Virus record (IMG/VR): IMGVR_UViG_3300002834_000023
Reading direction: 5' to 3' (one strand)
Source of the DNA: an uncultured virus (IMG/VR IMGVR_UViG_3300002834_000023)
Taxonomy: Duplodnaviria; Heunggongvirae; Uroviricota; Caudoviricetes
DNA length: 20,000 nt
Below, piece after piece: positions 8,216 to 16,661 of the stretch. The position numbers were made by a program, and so were the translations under genes. The notes beneath the pieces are model-generated. The model was not told the DNA's origin and did not search any database. It saw nothing but the letters and a program-made list of their open reading frames with translations. How positions within the stretch are numbered: position 1 is the first letter of the stretch; each line of letters opens with the position of its first letter.

Positions 8216-9095
8216 AGATAAAGAATTTAAAACATTAGGTGAAAGAATGAACTACTATCGAAGTATGGGTGAAATGAAAATCACGCCCAAAAGTTATGTA
8301 TTAGCGATGCTGGATGGTAGGTCATTCTCGAAGCGTTGGAAAAACAAATTGGATAAGCCATTTGATGATGGTTTTATATCTGATATGAATGAAACAGCAA
8401 AATATCTGTGTGAAAATATTGCTGGTTGCAGACTTGCATTTGTTCAAAGTGATGAAATATCCTTGTTCCTTTGTGATTATGAGAATGAGGAAACCCAGCC
8501 ATGGTTCGATTATCGAATGACTAAAATGTTATCTTTATCAGCAGCAATGGCAACTGGTAAGTATAATCAATTAAGGTTAGTAAGAGAATTACAAGACACT
8601 ATAAATGATAACCAGATATTTGTTGATGAGGAAGATGAACCTTATAAACAAATCAGAAATGGGAAAGAAATATTAATACCACCTGGTAAAGTTTATACAA
8701 TTTATGACCAAATAAGGGATTTCAAATTATCTGAATTTGATTCTAAATTTTGGTCTGTACCTGAAAGAAATGATGCTGTTGCATGGTTTATATATCGTCA
8801 AAATGATTGTATTCGTAACAGTGTACTTCAATCTGGTTACACTTATTTCTCACACAAAGAACTGATGAATAAGAAAACTGATGAGATAAAAGATAAACTA
8901 TTTTTTGATAAAGATGTTAATTGGAATGAATATTCTGATGGAAAAAAATATGGTCGGGTTATTTATAAAGTGATGACATCTGCAAATAGAAGTATATGGA
9001 TTATCCACAATGCACCTGTATTTAAAGGTGAAGATGGATCAAACTGGTTGAAAGAGTTCATAACAGAAATTCCAAAAACACAGTTGTCAAATTGA
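8208..9095 (+). CDS. thg1: tRNA(His) guanylyltransferase Thg1-like 3'-5' polymerase
   Basis: LDGRSFS, KPFD, VQSDEISL, FDS and YRQNDCIRNS motifs of the Thg1/TLP family. Confidence 0.92.
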   Translation: MNEDKEFKTLGERMNYYRSMGEMKITPKSYVLAMLDGRSFSKRWKNKLDKPFDDGFISDMNETAKYLCENIAGCRLAFVQSDEISLFLCDYENEETQPWFDYRMTKMLSLSAAMATGKYNQLRLVRELQDTINDNQIFVDEEDEPYKQIRNGKEILIPPGKVYTIYDQIRDFKLSEFDSKFWSVPERNDAVAWFIYRQNDCIRNSVLQSGYTYFSHKELMNKKTDEIKDKLFFDKDVNWNEYSDGKKYGRVIYKVMTSANRSIWIIHNAPVFKGEDGSNWLKEFITEIPKTQLSN

Positions 9096-9117
9096 TTTTT
9101 TAAATTAATAATAATTT

Positions 9118-9173
9118 AATACTTGGGGGATAAGGAAACTTTTTAACAAAAACAACCTTATAACTCAAGTATT
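9118..9173 (+). other. Long intergenic stem-loop upstream of the glucosaminidase
   Basis: AATACTTGGG/CTCAAGTATT (one G-U pair) enclosing ATAAGG/CCTTAT. Confidence 0.5.
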
Positions 9174-9211
9174 CATATTTTATAAAAATAATAATAAATA
9201 ATTAACAAATT

Positions 9212-9850
9212 ATGAAAAGTAAAATTTTAAAAGCGTTCAATGAAAACAGACTAATAATGTATAATAAAGATGATCTGGCTTATGAAAATGTTCCAAGAAG
9301 TTTTTTCCCAAAGATATTATTTTGGTATTTTGGAATACTAATAATTGCCATTTGTATTTCTATAAGAGGTGGAATTACTATTGGCGAAAAAACAGCAAAA
9401 GAAGAAATTCTTAAAAATTTATCTACCTATGAAAAACTTTCTATCATAGTTGAGGCTGATGTTTTTACGGAAGAAAAGTTTATTGAAATGTTAATCAACT
9501 TGAATGTTAAATTTCCCCACATAGTTATGGCACAAGCCATTGTTGAAAGTGGTCTTGGTACATCTGTTTTATATAAAACAAACTATAACTTGCTTGGTAT
9601 GAAAGAGGCTCTAATTAGACCAAATCATCATAATGGTAGTGCAAATGGACATGCTCTTTATAATTCATGGCGTGAATCTGTTTATGATTATCTTTATTGG
9701 CAATTATATACAGGCGGTGCAAGACTTAAAACTGATGATGAATATTATGTTTTCTTAAAAGAGGCTAAATATGCAGAAAAAGAAAATTATGCTGAAACTG
9801 TAAAATCTGTTGTCGAACAAAGAAAACTTAAAGAAGTTTTTTATAAATAA
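9212..9850 (+). CDS. Glucosaminidase (GH73-type peptidoglycan hydrolase) with N-terminal transmembrane segment
   Basis: AQAIVESG...NYNLLGMK...YNSWRESVYDY...YAEKENY; hydrophobic WYFGILIIAICISI. Confidence 0.85.
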   Translation: MKSKILKAFNENRLIMYNKDDLAYENVPRSFFPKILFWYFGILIIAICISIRGGITIGEKTAKEEILKNLSTYEKLSIIVEADVFTEEKFIEMLINLNVKFPHIVMAQAIVESGLGTSVLYKTNYNLLGMKEALIRPNHHNGSANGHALYNSWRESVYDYLYWQLYTGGARLKTDDEYYVFLKEAKYAEKENYAETVKSVVEQRKLKEVFYK

Positions 9851-9905
9851 TTTTAAATGGGGTATATTTAATTTGCTCTAATTATAAAATTAATAAAAAA
9901 AAATT

Positions 9906-10244
9906 ATGTCTTTAAAAGTAAGATTTGGTGTATTTGAAACAAACAGTTCTAACACCCACACATTAACAATTGTTGCGAAAGATGAATTTGAACAATTCAA
10001 AAATGAAAAAATGTTTCTATTGGAAGATTATGAACTTATTACAATGGAACAAGCCGAAAAGGAATACGAAAAGGTAAAAGATCAATCATGGTATGATGAT
10101 TTTGATGATTGGAAAAATCAAAATCTTAAATCATATGATGATTTTATTAACGATTATTGTTTTGAAACGTATGAATATCCACATACGACTAAAAATGGTG
10201 ATGAAATTGTAGCGTTTGGAAAATTTGGTAATGATAATTGTTAA
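9906..10244 (+). CDS. Hypothetical phage protein, R-x-G-x-FETNSS family, paralog 1
   Basis: KVRFGVFETNSSNTHTLTI...GDEIVAFG. Confidence 0.85.
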   Translation: MSLKVRFGVFETNSSNTHTLTIVAKDEFEQFKNEKMFLLEDYELITMEQAEKEYEKVKDQSWYDDFDDWKNQNLKSYDDFINDYCFETYEYPHTTKNGDEIVAFGKFGNDNC

Positions 10245-10247
10245 GTC

Positions 10248-10580
10248 ATGATAAAAGTAAGATTTGGATTATTTGAAACCAACAGTTCATCCACTCACAC
10301 ATTAACAATTACTTCTAAAAAAGTTTTTGACGAATGGAAAAATGATAAATGGATATTATTATACGATAAAAAATTCGTTACAGAAGAAGAAGTTGAAAAG
10401 GAATGGCAAAAGCCAGATAGTCAAAGATGGTATGAAAATTATGGCGAATGGCGAAAATATAATGCTCTTTCATACCATGATTGGTGTGACCATGAAGATT
10501 TTACAAATTATATTGATGAATATACAACAGAAAGTGGTGAAGTAGTTGTTGCTTTTGGTTTGTATGGTTCAACTGGTTAA
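10248..10580 (+). CDS. Hypothetical phage protein, R-x-G-x-FETNSS family, paralog 2
   Basis: KVRFGLFETNSSSTHTLTI...GEVVVAFG; tandem paralog of 9906..10244. Confidence 0.85.
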   Translation: MIKVRFGLFETNSSSTHTLTITSKKVFDEWKNDKWILLYDKKFVTEEEVEKEWQKPDSQRWYENYGEWRKYNALSYHDWCDHEDFTNYIDEYTTESGEVVVAFGLYGSTG

Positions 10581-10594
10581 CCAAAATGTAATTT

Positions 10595-10657
10595 AAAAAA
10601 TAAGGTGAAGATTAATATTGTTCTTTTTAAAGTTTACATATATTAATTCTTCACCTT
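10595..10657. terminator. Probable bidirectional terminator between convergent genes
   Basis: AAGGTGAAGATTAATA (10602-10617) pairs with TATTAATTCTTCACCTT (10641-10657) with one bulge; A6 on the left flank. Confidence 0.55.
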
Positions 10658-11706
10658 CTTCTTTGTGATGGGGCATAAGTCGTTATATCCATAGTACCTA
10701 ATGTCATTGCCAATAAACTACCAACACCCATTTTCTGTAATGCTAAACAGGCATCATCAAGAGTTGCACCAGATGAATAGTTATCATCCCAACAGATAAC
10801 ATCTTTTCCTCTTAATTTATACATCATTTCCTGATATGGTTTGGCTATTGAAAATATATTTTCCAATGAACGTCTTTCTCTATCTTCAACACCTTTTATT
10901 TGCCAGTTACCTAATCCATTCCTACCTTTTAATGGGTCTGGTCCTCTATCACCAGCACGTAATTGATTTGCTTGATATTGAAGTCTAACTATATCTTGTG
11001 ATTTATTTTTTATATCATTTGAAACCCTGCCTCTGCCTCTATTGGTTTTATATTCTGATACTTCTTTTTTTAGTTCTTCTATCTGTCGTAAAATATCTTT
11101 TCTTTGATCATCCCTTTTCCATTTTTCAACTTTTTGAATTAAAGAATATATTTCATCATCAGTTAATCCGACAACATTTTTTGCATAATCTTTATTGATA
11201 ATAATACTTTCAACAGTTTTGGATAAAAAATTAGGTAATAGTTTTATACCAGGTGTGTTTCCAAATCTTTTATGAATTTGTTGTAATACATTTTCATTAA
11301 ATTTAGACGATGATTCGGGACTAACTATATAATCTATATTTCTATTTTTTAACAAATGATAAATGTAAAGATATGTTTTATTATTAAATTCATTCATAGA
11401 TGGATCCATCTCAATTTTTTCAAAATCTTGATTAAGCCCATGTTTTAATGCACGTGTTACCAACGACTTGTTTAACTCATATATGTTGATGACTTTAACA
11501 CCAGACTTTGGTAAGGTTGTTTCAACAGGATTAAATGATCCATCACCCCTTTTTAAATTTGTATTAGAATGTTTGTTATTTTCGGGTTCATATCTCATTT
11601 TTGTTTGATTATCATAGAAACCAAAACCTTCATCATAATCATTTTCAAAAAGATAATTTGATATAATGGTAAATTGTTGCTCTGTTATAAGTATCTTTTT
11701 TATCAT
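10651..11706 (-). CDS. Phosphoribosyltransferase-fold protein with helical insertion
   Basis: C-terminal PRPP-binding-loop-like KDVICWDDNYSSGATL; N-half IDYIVSPESSS; central coiled segment. Confidence 0.75.
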   Translation of the reverse strand: MIKKILITEQQFTIISNYLFENDYDEGFGFYDNQTKMRYEPENNKHSNTNLKRGDGSFNPVETTLPKSGVKVINIYELNKSLVTRALKHGLNQDFEKIEMDPSMNEFNNKTYLYIYHLLKNRNIDYIVSPESSSKFNENVLQQIHKRFGNTPGIKLLPNFLSKTVESIIINKDYAKNVVGLTDDEIYSLIQKVEKWKRDDQRKDILRQIEELKKEVSEYKTNRGRGRVSNDIKNKSQDIVRLQYQANQLRAGDRGPDPLKGRNGLGNWQIKGVEDRERRSLENIFSIAKPYQEMMYKLRGKDVICWDDNYSSGATLDDACLALQKMGVGSLLAMTLGTMDITTYAPSQRRR

Positions 11707-11726
11707 ATTTTAATATAATCTTCAAG

Positions 11727-11734
11727 TATAAATA
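11727..11734 (-). promoter_or_regulatory. TATTTATA box 20 nt upstream of the PRTase gene (putative late-type promoter)
   Basis: Same octamer and distance to ATG as for both repeat genes. Confidence 0.55.
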
Positions 11735-11748
11735 AATAGTTTTTTATT

Positions 11749-11776
11749 AAAAAAAAAAACGGTTTATTTATAGGTA
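11749..11776 (+). promoter_or_regulatory. Leader A11-CGGTTTATTTATA-GGTA of repeat gene 1 (putative late-type promoter)
   Basis: 24-nt identity with 17479-17502; TATTTATA ends 21 nt before ATG. Confidence 0.65.
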
Positions 11777-11793
11777 TAAATTAAGTAAAATCT

Positions 11794-14454
11794 ATGAGTA
11801 GTATATTATCTAATACAGTCTTTATAAGAAAAAATACAGCCATTCCCGAAAGTATGTTTTTCATGCGTTTTCAAAATACAACTGGTGCTGATGTTACAAT
11901 AAATGATATGAATAATCTTTTTAACTCTACCAGTTCTTCTCCAAGATTATTAACAGCTGTAATTGAAAGAAGCGGGGGTAATGATGATATAAGACTAACT
12001 AACAATTCAGTAAGTAATTTTATTGTTTATAATGGAGAAAGTTGTGTTTTTAGAATAACCTGGTCAGGTGGAATTTTTGCTCTTAGCGCATACTTTTCTG
12101 GGTCATCATTTAGAAATATTGTTAGAAGTTCGGGTTATGAAATACATGGTAATTATGATGTGCCAAATAATTTTATGTATACTTTATTCTATAATGCCCC
12201 TAACTATATTCAACAACCAGGTGATATATTTGATACATCGGACTGGAGACCAACAAGAATTGGGGAAAGTTTTCTATATCAAACATGGAGGCAATGTTCA
12301 TCACTAACAACACCTGTGGTTCCAGATACAAGTCATTGGAATATTATAGGAAATATTGGCAGACAATTTTTATATTGGACTTGGTTTAATACTCCTATTA
12401 CAACAGCTGTTGTACCAAATACAAGTAACTGGAGACCAACATCAATTAGTCAATATTTTATGAATGGTACATGGCAAAATTGTACATCACTAACAACACC
12501 AGTGACACCAGATACAAGTAACTGGTATATAACTGGCACAGTTCATAACTTTATGACTAATACGTGGAGTAATTGTACATCATTACAAATGGCTGTTGTA
12601 CCAAATACAAGTAACTGGAGACCAACAGGCACTGGGTATCAATTTTTAGCACAAACATGGCAAAGTTGTACATCATTACAAACAGCTGTTGTTCCAGATA
12701 CATCAAATTGGGTTATTACAAATCTGGATACAAATTTTATGACTTCTACATGGCAAAGTTGTACATCTTTGATAAATGCTAATGTACCAGACATGTCTAA
12801 TTGGAATCCATCAAGTATTGTTACTAATTTTATGGAAAGTACATGGCAAAGTTGTACATCATTACAAACAGCTGTTGCACCAAATATTAGTAATTGGAGA
12901 CCATCAAATATTGGTAATTATTTTATGTATCGAACATGGCAAAGTTGTTCTGCGCTTGTAAATGCAGCTGTACCTAATATAAATGATTGGGGAATGACTT
13001 CTATTAATGATTATTTCTTATGTAATACATGGGATGGCTGTTCTGCGCTTGTAAATGCAGCTGTACCAAATACAACTAACTGGAATATCAACTCAATAGG
13101 AAGTTCTTTCTTATTTAGTACATGGGGAAATTGTTCTGCGCTTGTAAATGCAGCTGTACCAAATACAACAAATTGGAATCCAACTACAATTGGAGATGGA
13201 TTTATGAATAGTACATGGGTTTATTGTATATCATTAATTAATGCTGTTGCACCAAATACAACTAACTGGCAAACTACTTCTATTGGAAATAATTTTATGT
13301 ATGGTACATGGTATTTATGTAGGGGATTGAAAAATGCTGTTGCACCAGATACAAGTAACTGGAGACCAACAACAATTCAAAATGGTTTTATGGGATTGAC
13401 ATGGGATCAATGTACCATATTAACTAATGGCGTTGTACCGAATACTACAAATTGGAGACCAACATCAATAGGTAATGATTTTCTATTTCGGACTTGGAAT
13501 AATAGTGGTTTAATCACAGCTGTTAATATAGATGTAAGTTTATGGAGACCAACATCAATAGGTAATGATTTTTTACATCAAACATGGACTGGTTGTAATT
13601 CAATGGTTACTGCCACTGTACCAAATACAACAAATTGGAATCCAACTACAATTGGAAATAATTTTTTAAATGAAACATGGTCATCTTATGTTACTTTACC
13701 TGTACTAACAACGGCTGTTGTACCAGATACAAGCAATTGGCAACCAACATCTGTTGGAAGTGGATTTTTATATGGAACATGGCGTTCATGTAACTCATTA
13801 CAAAATGCTGTTGTACCGAATACTACAAATTGGAGACCAACATCAATAGGTAATGATTTTATGTATCGCACATGGAGTGGGTGTGGGAAATTAGTCAATG
13901 CTGTTGTACCAGACACAAGTAATTGGCAACTAACATCTCTCGGAAACAATTTTATGTATGAAACATGGTATAATTGTACATCTATGATTGGTACTATAAC
14001 ATTTCCAAATATGTCAAATTGGATAATACCATCTATTGGTAATTATTTTATGTATAATACGTGTTATTATTGTAATAAAATAACCACAGTATCTCCAATA
14101 AATACTGGTAATTGGACAGTTTCATCAATTGGTACTCAATTTATGGGAAATACATTTAGTAGTTGTAGTCAATTAGTAACCGCATTTATTCCTGATACAA
14201 CAAATTGGAATGTATCAACTGTTGGTAGTTCTTTTATGTTTTATACTTTTAATGCTGCATTTTCAACAAGTGGTGTTGGAACATGCGAAATACGTGGTAA
14301 TCTTTATGTTAGTTTTACATTACCACAAAATAGTGCTTCCATTACAAATGCAAGAATACAAAATATTAAAGTTGATTTAGCTTTAATTCCAACATATCAA
14401 TCAAGTCCAAGTTGGTCAGCTATAACCCCATCAAGTAAATTCATTTCATGGTAA
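11794..14454 (+). CDS. BspA/DUF285-like LRR-type solenoid protein, ~21 repeats of ~31 aa (putative adhesin or receptor-binding protein)
   Basis: Repeat TWxxCTSLxxAVVPDTSNWxPTSIGNxFMxx; N- and C-caps homologous to 17523..19826. Confidence 0.85.
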   Translation: MSSILSNTVFIRKNTAIPESMFFMRFQNTTGADVTINDMNNLFNSTSSSPRLLTAVIERSGGNDDIRLTNNSVSNFIVYNGESCVFRITWSGGIFALSAYFSGSSFRNIVRSSGYEIHGNYDVPNNFMYTLFYNAPNYIQQPGDIFDTSDWRPTRIGESFLYQTWRQCSSLTTPVVPDTSHWNIIGNIGRQFLYWTWFNTPITTAVVPNTSNWRPTSISQYFMNGTWQNCTSLTTPVTPDTSNWYITGTVHNFMTNTWSNCTSLQMAVVPNTSNWRPTGTGYQFLAQTWQSCTSLQTAVVPDTSNWVITNLDTNFMTSTWQSCTSLINANVPDMSNWNPSSIVTNFMESTWQSCTSLQTAVAPNISNWRPSNIGNYFMYRTWQSCSALVNAAVPNINDWGMTSINDYFLCNTWDGCSALVNAAVPNTTNWNINSIGSSFLFSTWGNCSALVNAAVPNTTNWNPTTIGDGFMNSTWVYCISLINAVAPNTTNWQTTSIGNNFMYGTWYLCRGLKNAVAPDTSNWRPTTIQNGFMGLTWDQCTILTNGVVPNTTNWRPTSIGNDFLFRTWNNSGLITAVNIDVSLWRPTSIGNDFLHQTWTGCNSMVTATVPNTTNWNPTTIGNNFLNETWSSYVTLPVLTTAVVPDTSNWQPTSVGSGFLYGTWRSCNSLQNAVVPNTTNWRPTSIGNDFMYRTWSGCGKLVNAVVPDTSNWQLTSLGNNFMYETWYNCTSMIGTITFPNMSNWIIPSIGNYFMYNTCYYCNKITTVSPINTGNWTVSSIGTQFMGNTFSSCSQLVTAFIPDTTNWNVSTVGSSFMFYTFNAAFSTSGVGTCEIRGNLYVSFTLPQNSASITNARIQNIKVDLALIPTYQSSPSWSAITPSSKFISW
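12283..14250 (+). repeat. Coding tandem repeat, ~93-bp period (boundaries approximate)
   Basis: TGTTCTGCGCTTGTAAATGCAGCTGTACC at 12946, 13039 and 13132, exactly 93 bp apart. Confidence 0.85.
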
Positions 14455-14459
14455 AAACT

Positions 14460-14570
14460 TCATTTTGCATGAGCATTAATGCACCCACAAATAGAACAAA
14501 CAAATCCTTTTTCCGGATCAAACTTATGTGGTTGTTCACATTTACAACAAGTACAATATAAGTATATCAT
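14460..14570 (-). CDS. Tiny zinc-ribbon protein (36 aa)
   Basis: Hand-translated MIYLYCTCCKCEQPHKFDPEKGFVCSICGCINAHAK; ATGA overlap with the DHFR stop. Confidence 0.7.
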   Translation of the reverse strand: MIYLYCTCCKCEQPHKFDPEKGFVCSICGCINAHAK

Positions 14571-15097
14571 CTTCTTACAAAAGTTTTAAAAGCATAATCA
14601 TAAAGATGTTTTTCATCTTTTTGGTTTTCCAAAAATTCAATACATTTCCAATCTAATATTAATTCATTTTTATCAAGAGGAAAATATGTATCAACATTTT
14701 CAAATTTATGATAAATTTGGGTTAGATAAAGTTTATTAGCATGTGGAAGAAATAATTCATATATTTGTCGTCCACCAATAATAAAAATTTCTTCTTGTGT
14801 ATCAATTGATTCAATTCCACGTATGTAAAGAAATACATCATCTATATCTTGAAATAGAAGTGTTTTATCATAATAACAAATGGTTATGTTATCTTTAATA
14901 TCTTTTGAAAGAACAACATTTTTTCTATTTGGTAATGGTTTAACAGGTAAACTATCCCAAGTTTTTCTACCCATAACAACAGTTTTACCTGTGGTTAATT
15001 GTTTAAATCTTTTTAAATCATTTGGTAAATGACATAACAATTGATTACTATAACCAATTGCATCTTGTTGATCTATTGCTACTATTATTGAAATCAT
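14567..15097 (-). CDS. folA: Dihydrofolate reductase
   Basis: IIVAID..AIG..NQL..HLPNDLKRFK..T.GK.VVMGRKTWDSLP.KPLPNRKNVVLS...IFIIGGRQIY...DTYFP. Confidence 0.97.
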   Translation of the reverse strand: MISIIVAIDQQDAIGYSNQLLCHLPNDLKRFKQLTTGKTVVMGRKTWDSLPVKPLPNRKNVVLSKDIKDNITICYYDKTLLFQDIDDVFLYIRGIESIDTQEEIFIIGGRQIYELFLPHANKLYLTQIYHKFENVDTYFPLDKNELILDWKCIEFLENQKDEKHLYDYAFKTFVRR

Positions 15098-15102
15098 TTG
15101 TA

Positions 15103-15654
15103 TTATTTTAAAATTTTTGTTATATAGTCCATTAAAGAGTGTATATCCCTATAATTCAATATAATGGATGTTTCAGTATTTTTATGTTTTGCTGATATTA
15201 TTAGCAATTGAGCCGATTGATTATAGTCCAATCTAGTTTTTGATGGCAGTTCCAAATCCCCCAAATCTTCTTCTTCCAAATCATACTTATCATCATTTTC
15301 AGAAACAATCAATCTTGGAATGTTTAATTCATGTAATGTAGGATGATTAAATTTATAATATCCCCATTTTCCTGTTTTTTCATCAAAAACATAAGAATAA
15401 TCATTAAATCTATCAAGGATTGGTTTTATAAAACTTGTTCGTTTACATACTAATCCAAAATCATTCTCAAAGGTCCACAAATCAATTCCATGTTCTTTAA
15501 AAATTTGTGGGGCATTTTTAATATCATCCACTGTTTTTAATAGTTTTAAAATTTCTTCGCCTAATCCAAGCTCAATGTATCCATCATTATTTATATACCA
15601 TAAATTATTGTATAGACCATTTTTTTCTTTAATTGTAATCGTTGCTCGTGTCAT
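15103..15654 (-). CDS. Hypothetical phage protein (183 aa)
   Basis: ORF in minus-strand operon (MTRATI...NDGY...DYSYVFD). Confidence 0.8.
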   Translation of the reverse strand: MTRATITIKEKNGLYNNLWYINNDGYIELGLGEEILKLLKTVDDIKNAPQIFKEHGIDLWTFENDFGLVCKRTSFIKPILDRFNDYSYVFDEKTGKWGYYKFNHPTLHELNIPRLIVSENDDKYDLEEEDLGDLELPSKTRLDYNQSAQLLIISAKHKNTETSIILNYRDIHSLMDYITKILK

Positions 15655-15890
15655 AACTCTATTTGATTTAAAAATTCTTTTAATTTTTTTATGTCATCAT
15701 CAGTAAAACAAATATTTACTTCTTCTTGATAAATGTTATAGTTACTTATCTTCATAAATATATCCATATTAATACTCTTTGTTCTTTTATAATATTGGAA
15801 AACAATTTTTTCATCATTAGTTGCTATATGATGATTTGTTCTAAAATCCAGAGACGTATCAATATGTTCTATAATAAGTTTTCTTTTCAT
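15651..15890 (-). CDS. Hypothetical protein (79 aa)
   Basis: ORF, ATGA-coupled to the next gene. Confidence 0.75.
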   Translation of the reverse strand: MKRKLIIEHIDTSLDFRTNHHIATNDEKIVFQYYKRTKSINMDIFMKISNYNIYQEEVNICFTDDDIKKLKEFLNQIEL

Positions 15891-15893
15891 ACT

Positions 15894-16484
15894 TTATTTA
15901 ATTAATTCTGTTATATCTATAACTGTACCATGTTGAGAGAATATGTGTTTAAATCTTTGTCTTCTTCTTAAGTATTCAACAGTTCCTTCACCACCATCGC
16001 CCACATTTTCATTAATACCCCAATATACCATTGCACATGCCATTGGCGCACCTTTACCAACATCTTGACCATTTTCTAAAAATCGAAGCCTTGTATCCCT
16101 TAAAAAACATATCATACTGGCATTTCCAAATACAAATTGTTTCCAATGTTTGGTATTTGTTGCAACTGGGATTAATGCTAAAACTTGGGAATGATAACGA
16201 ATATTTGCCCAAGCACATTGCTTTAGCCAATCATAAATTGTTGTATCCCTTTCCTTATCTCTACCATAAGGGGGGTTTACATATATTCTTGGATAATCCC
16301 AACTTGCTTGTAACCCATCATAATATGGTAAACGATATTCAACAAGTGCATTTACAATAGAATATTCATTTGAACATGGATCCAAATCTATTTCACCCCC
16401 AAAAAATTCTTTGACTGCATCAACATATTTTTGTGGAGTACCCCATTCTTTACTTTTTGTATTTATTGCTCTACCAGCACTCAT
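15894..16484 (-). CDS. Phage Dam-family DNA N6-adenine methyltransferase
   Basis: EWGTP, DLDPC, catalytic VNPPY, LIPVAT.TKHW and RLRF motifs. Confidence 0.9.
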   Translation of the reverse strand: MSAGRAINTKSKEWGTPQKYVDAVKEFFGGEIDLDPCSNEYSIVNALVEYRLPYYDGLQASWDYPRIYVNPPYGRDKERDTTIYDWLKQCAWANIRYHSQVLALIPVATNTKHWKQFVFGNASMICFLRDTRLRFLENGQDVGKGAPMACAMVYWGINENVGDGGEGTVEYLRRRQRFKHIFSQHGTVIDITELIK

Positions 16485-16657
16485 TTGTAATCATCTACTA
16501 ATTGTAAAATGTATTTAAGTAATTTATCTTTAACATTACCACGATATTGACCTGGCAAACTTTCTCTTGTTACTTTGATAATAATTTCAACACCCTCATC
16601 AATATGTTCATGAACAAATTGTTGTACTTTTTGATAATTGGGGTTATTGGCATCCAT
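16481..16657 (-). CDS. Small hypothetical protein (58 aa)
   Basis: Hand-translated MDANNPNYQK...LVDDYK; ATGA overlap with the methyltransferase start. Confidence 0.7.
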   Translation of the reverse strand: MDANNPNYQKVQQFVHEHIDEGVEIIIKVTRESLPGQYRGNVKDKLLKYILQLVDDYK

Positions 16658-16661
16658 AACA

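Noticed and set aside
7060..16484. Restriction-modification or GmrSD defence system formed by DUF262 plus the methyltransferase
   Set aside because: The genes are 8 kb apart in different transcription units and no nuclease is recognisable; the methyltransferase looks like a typical orphan phage enzyme
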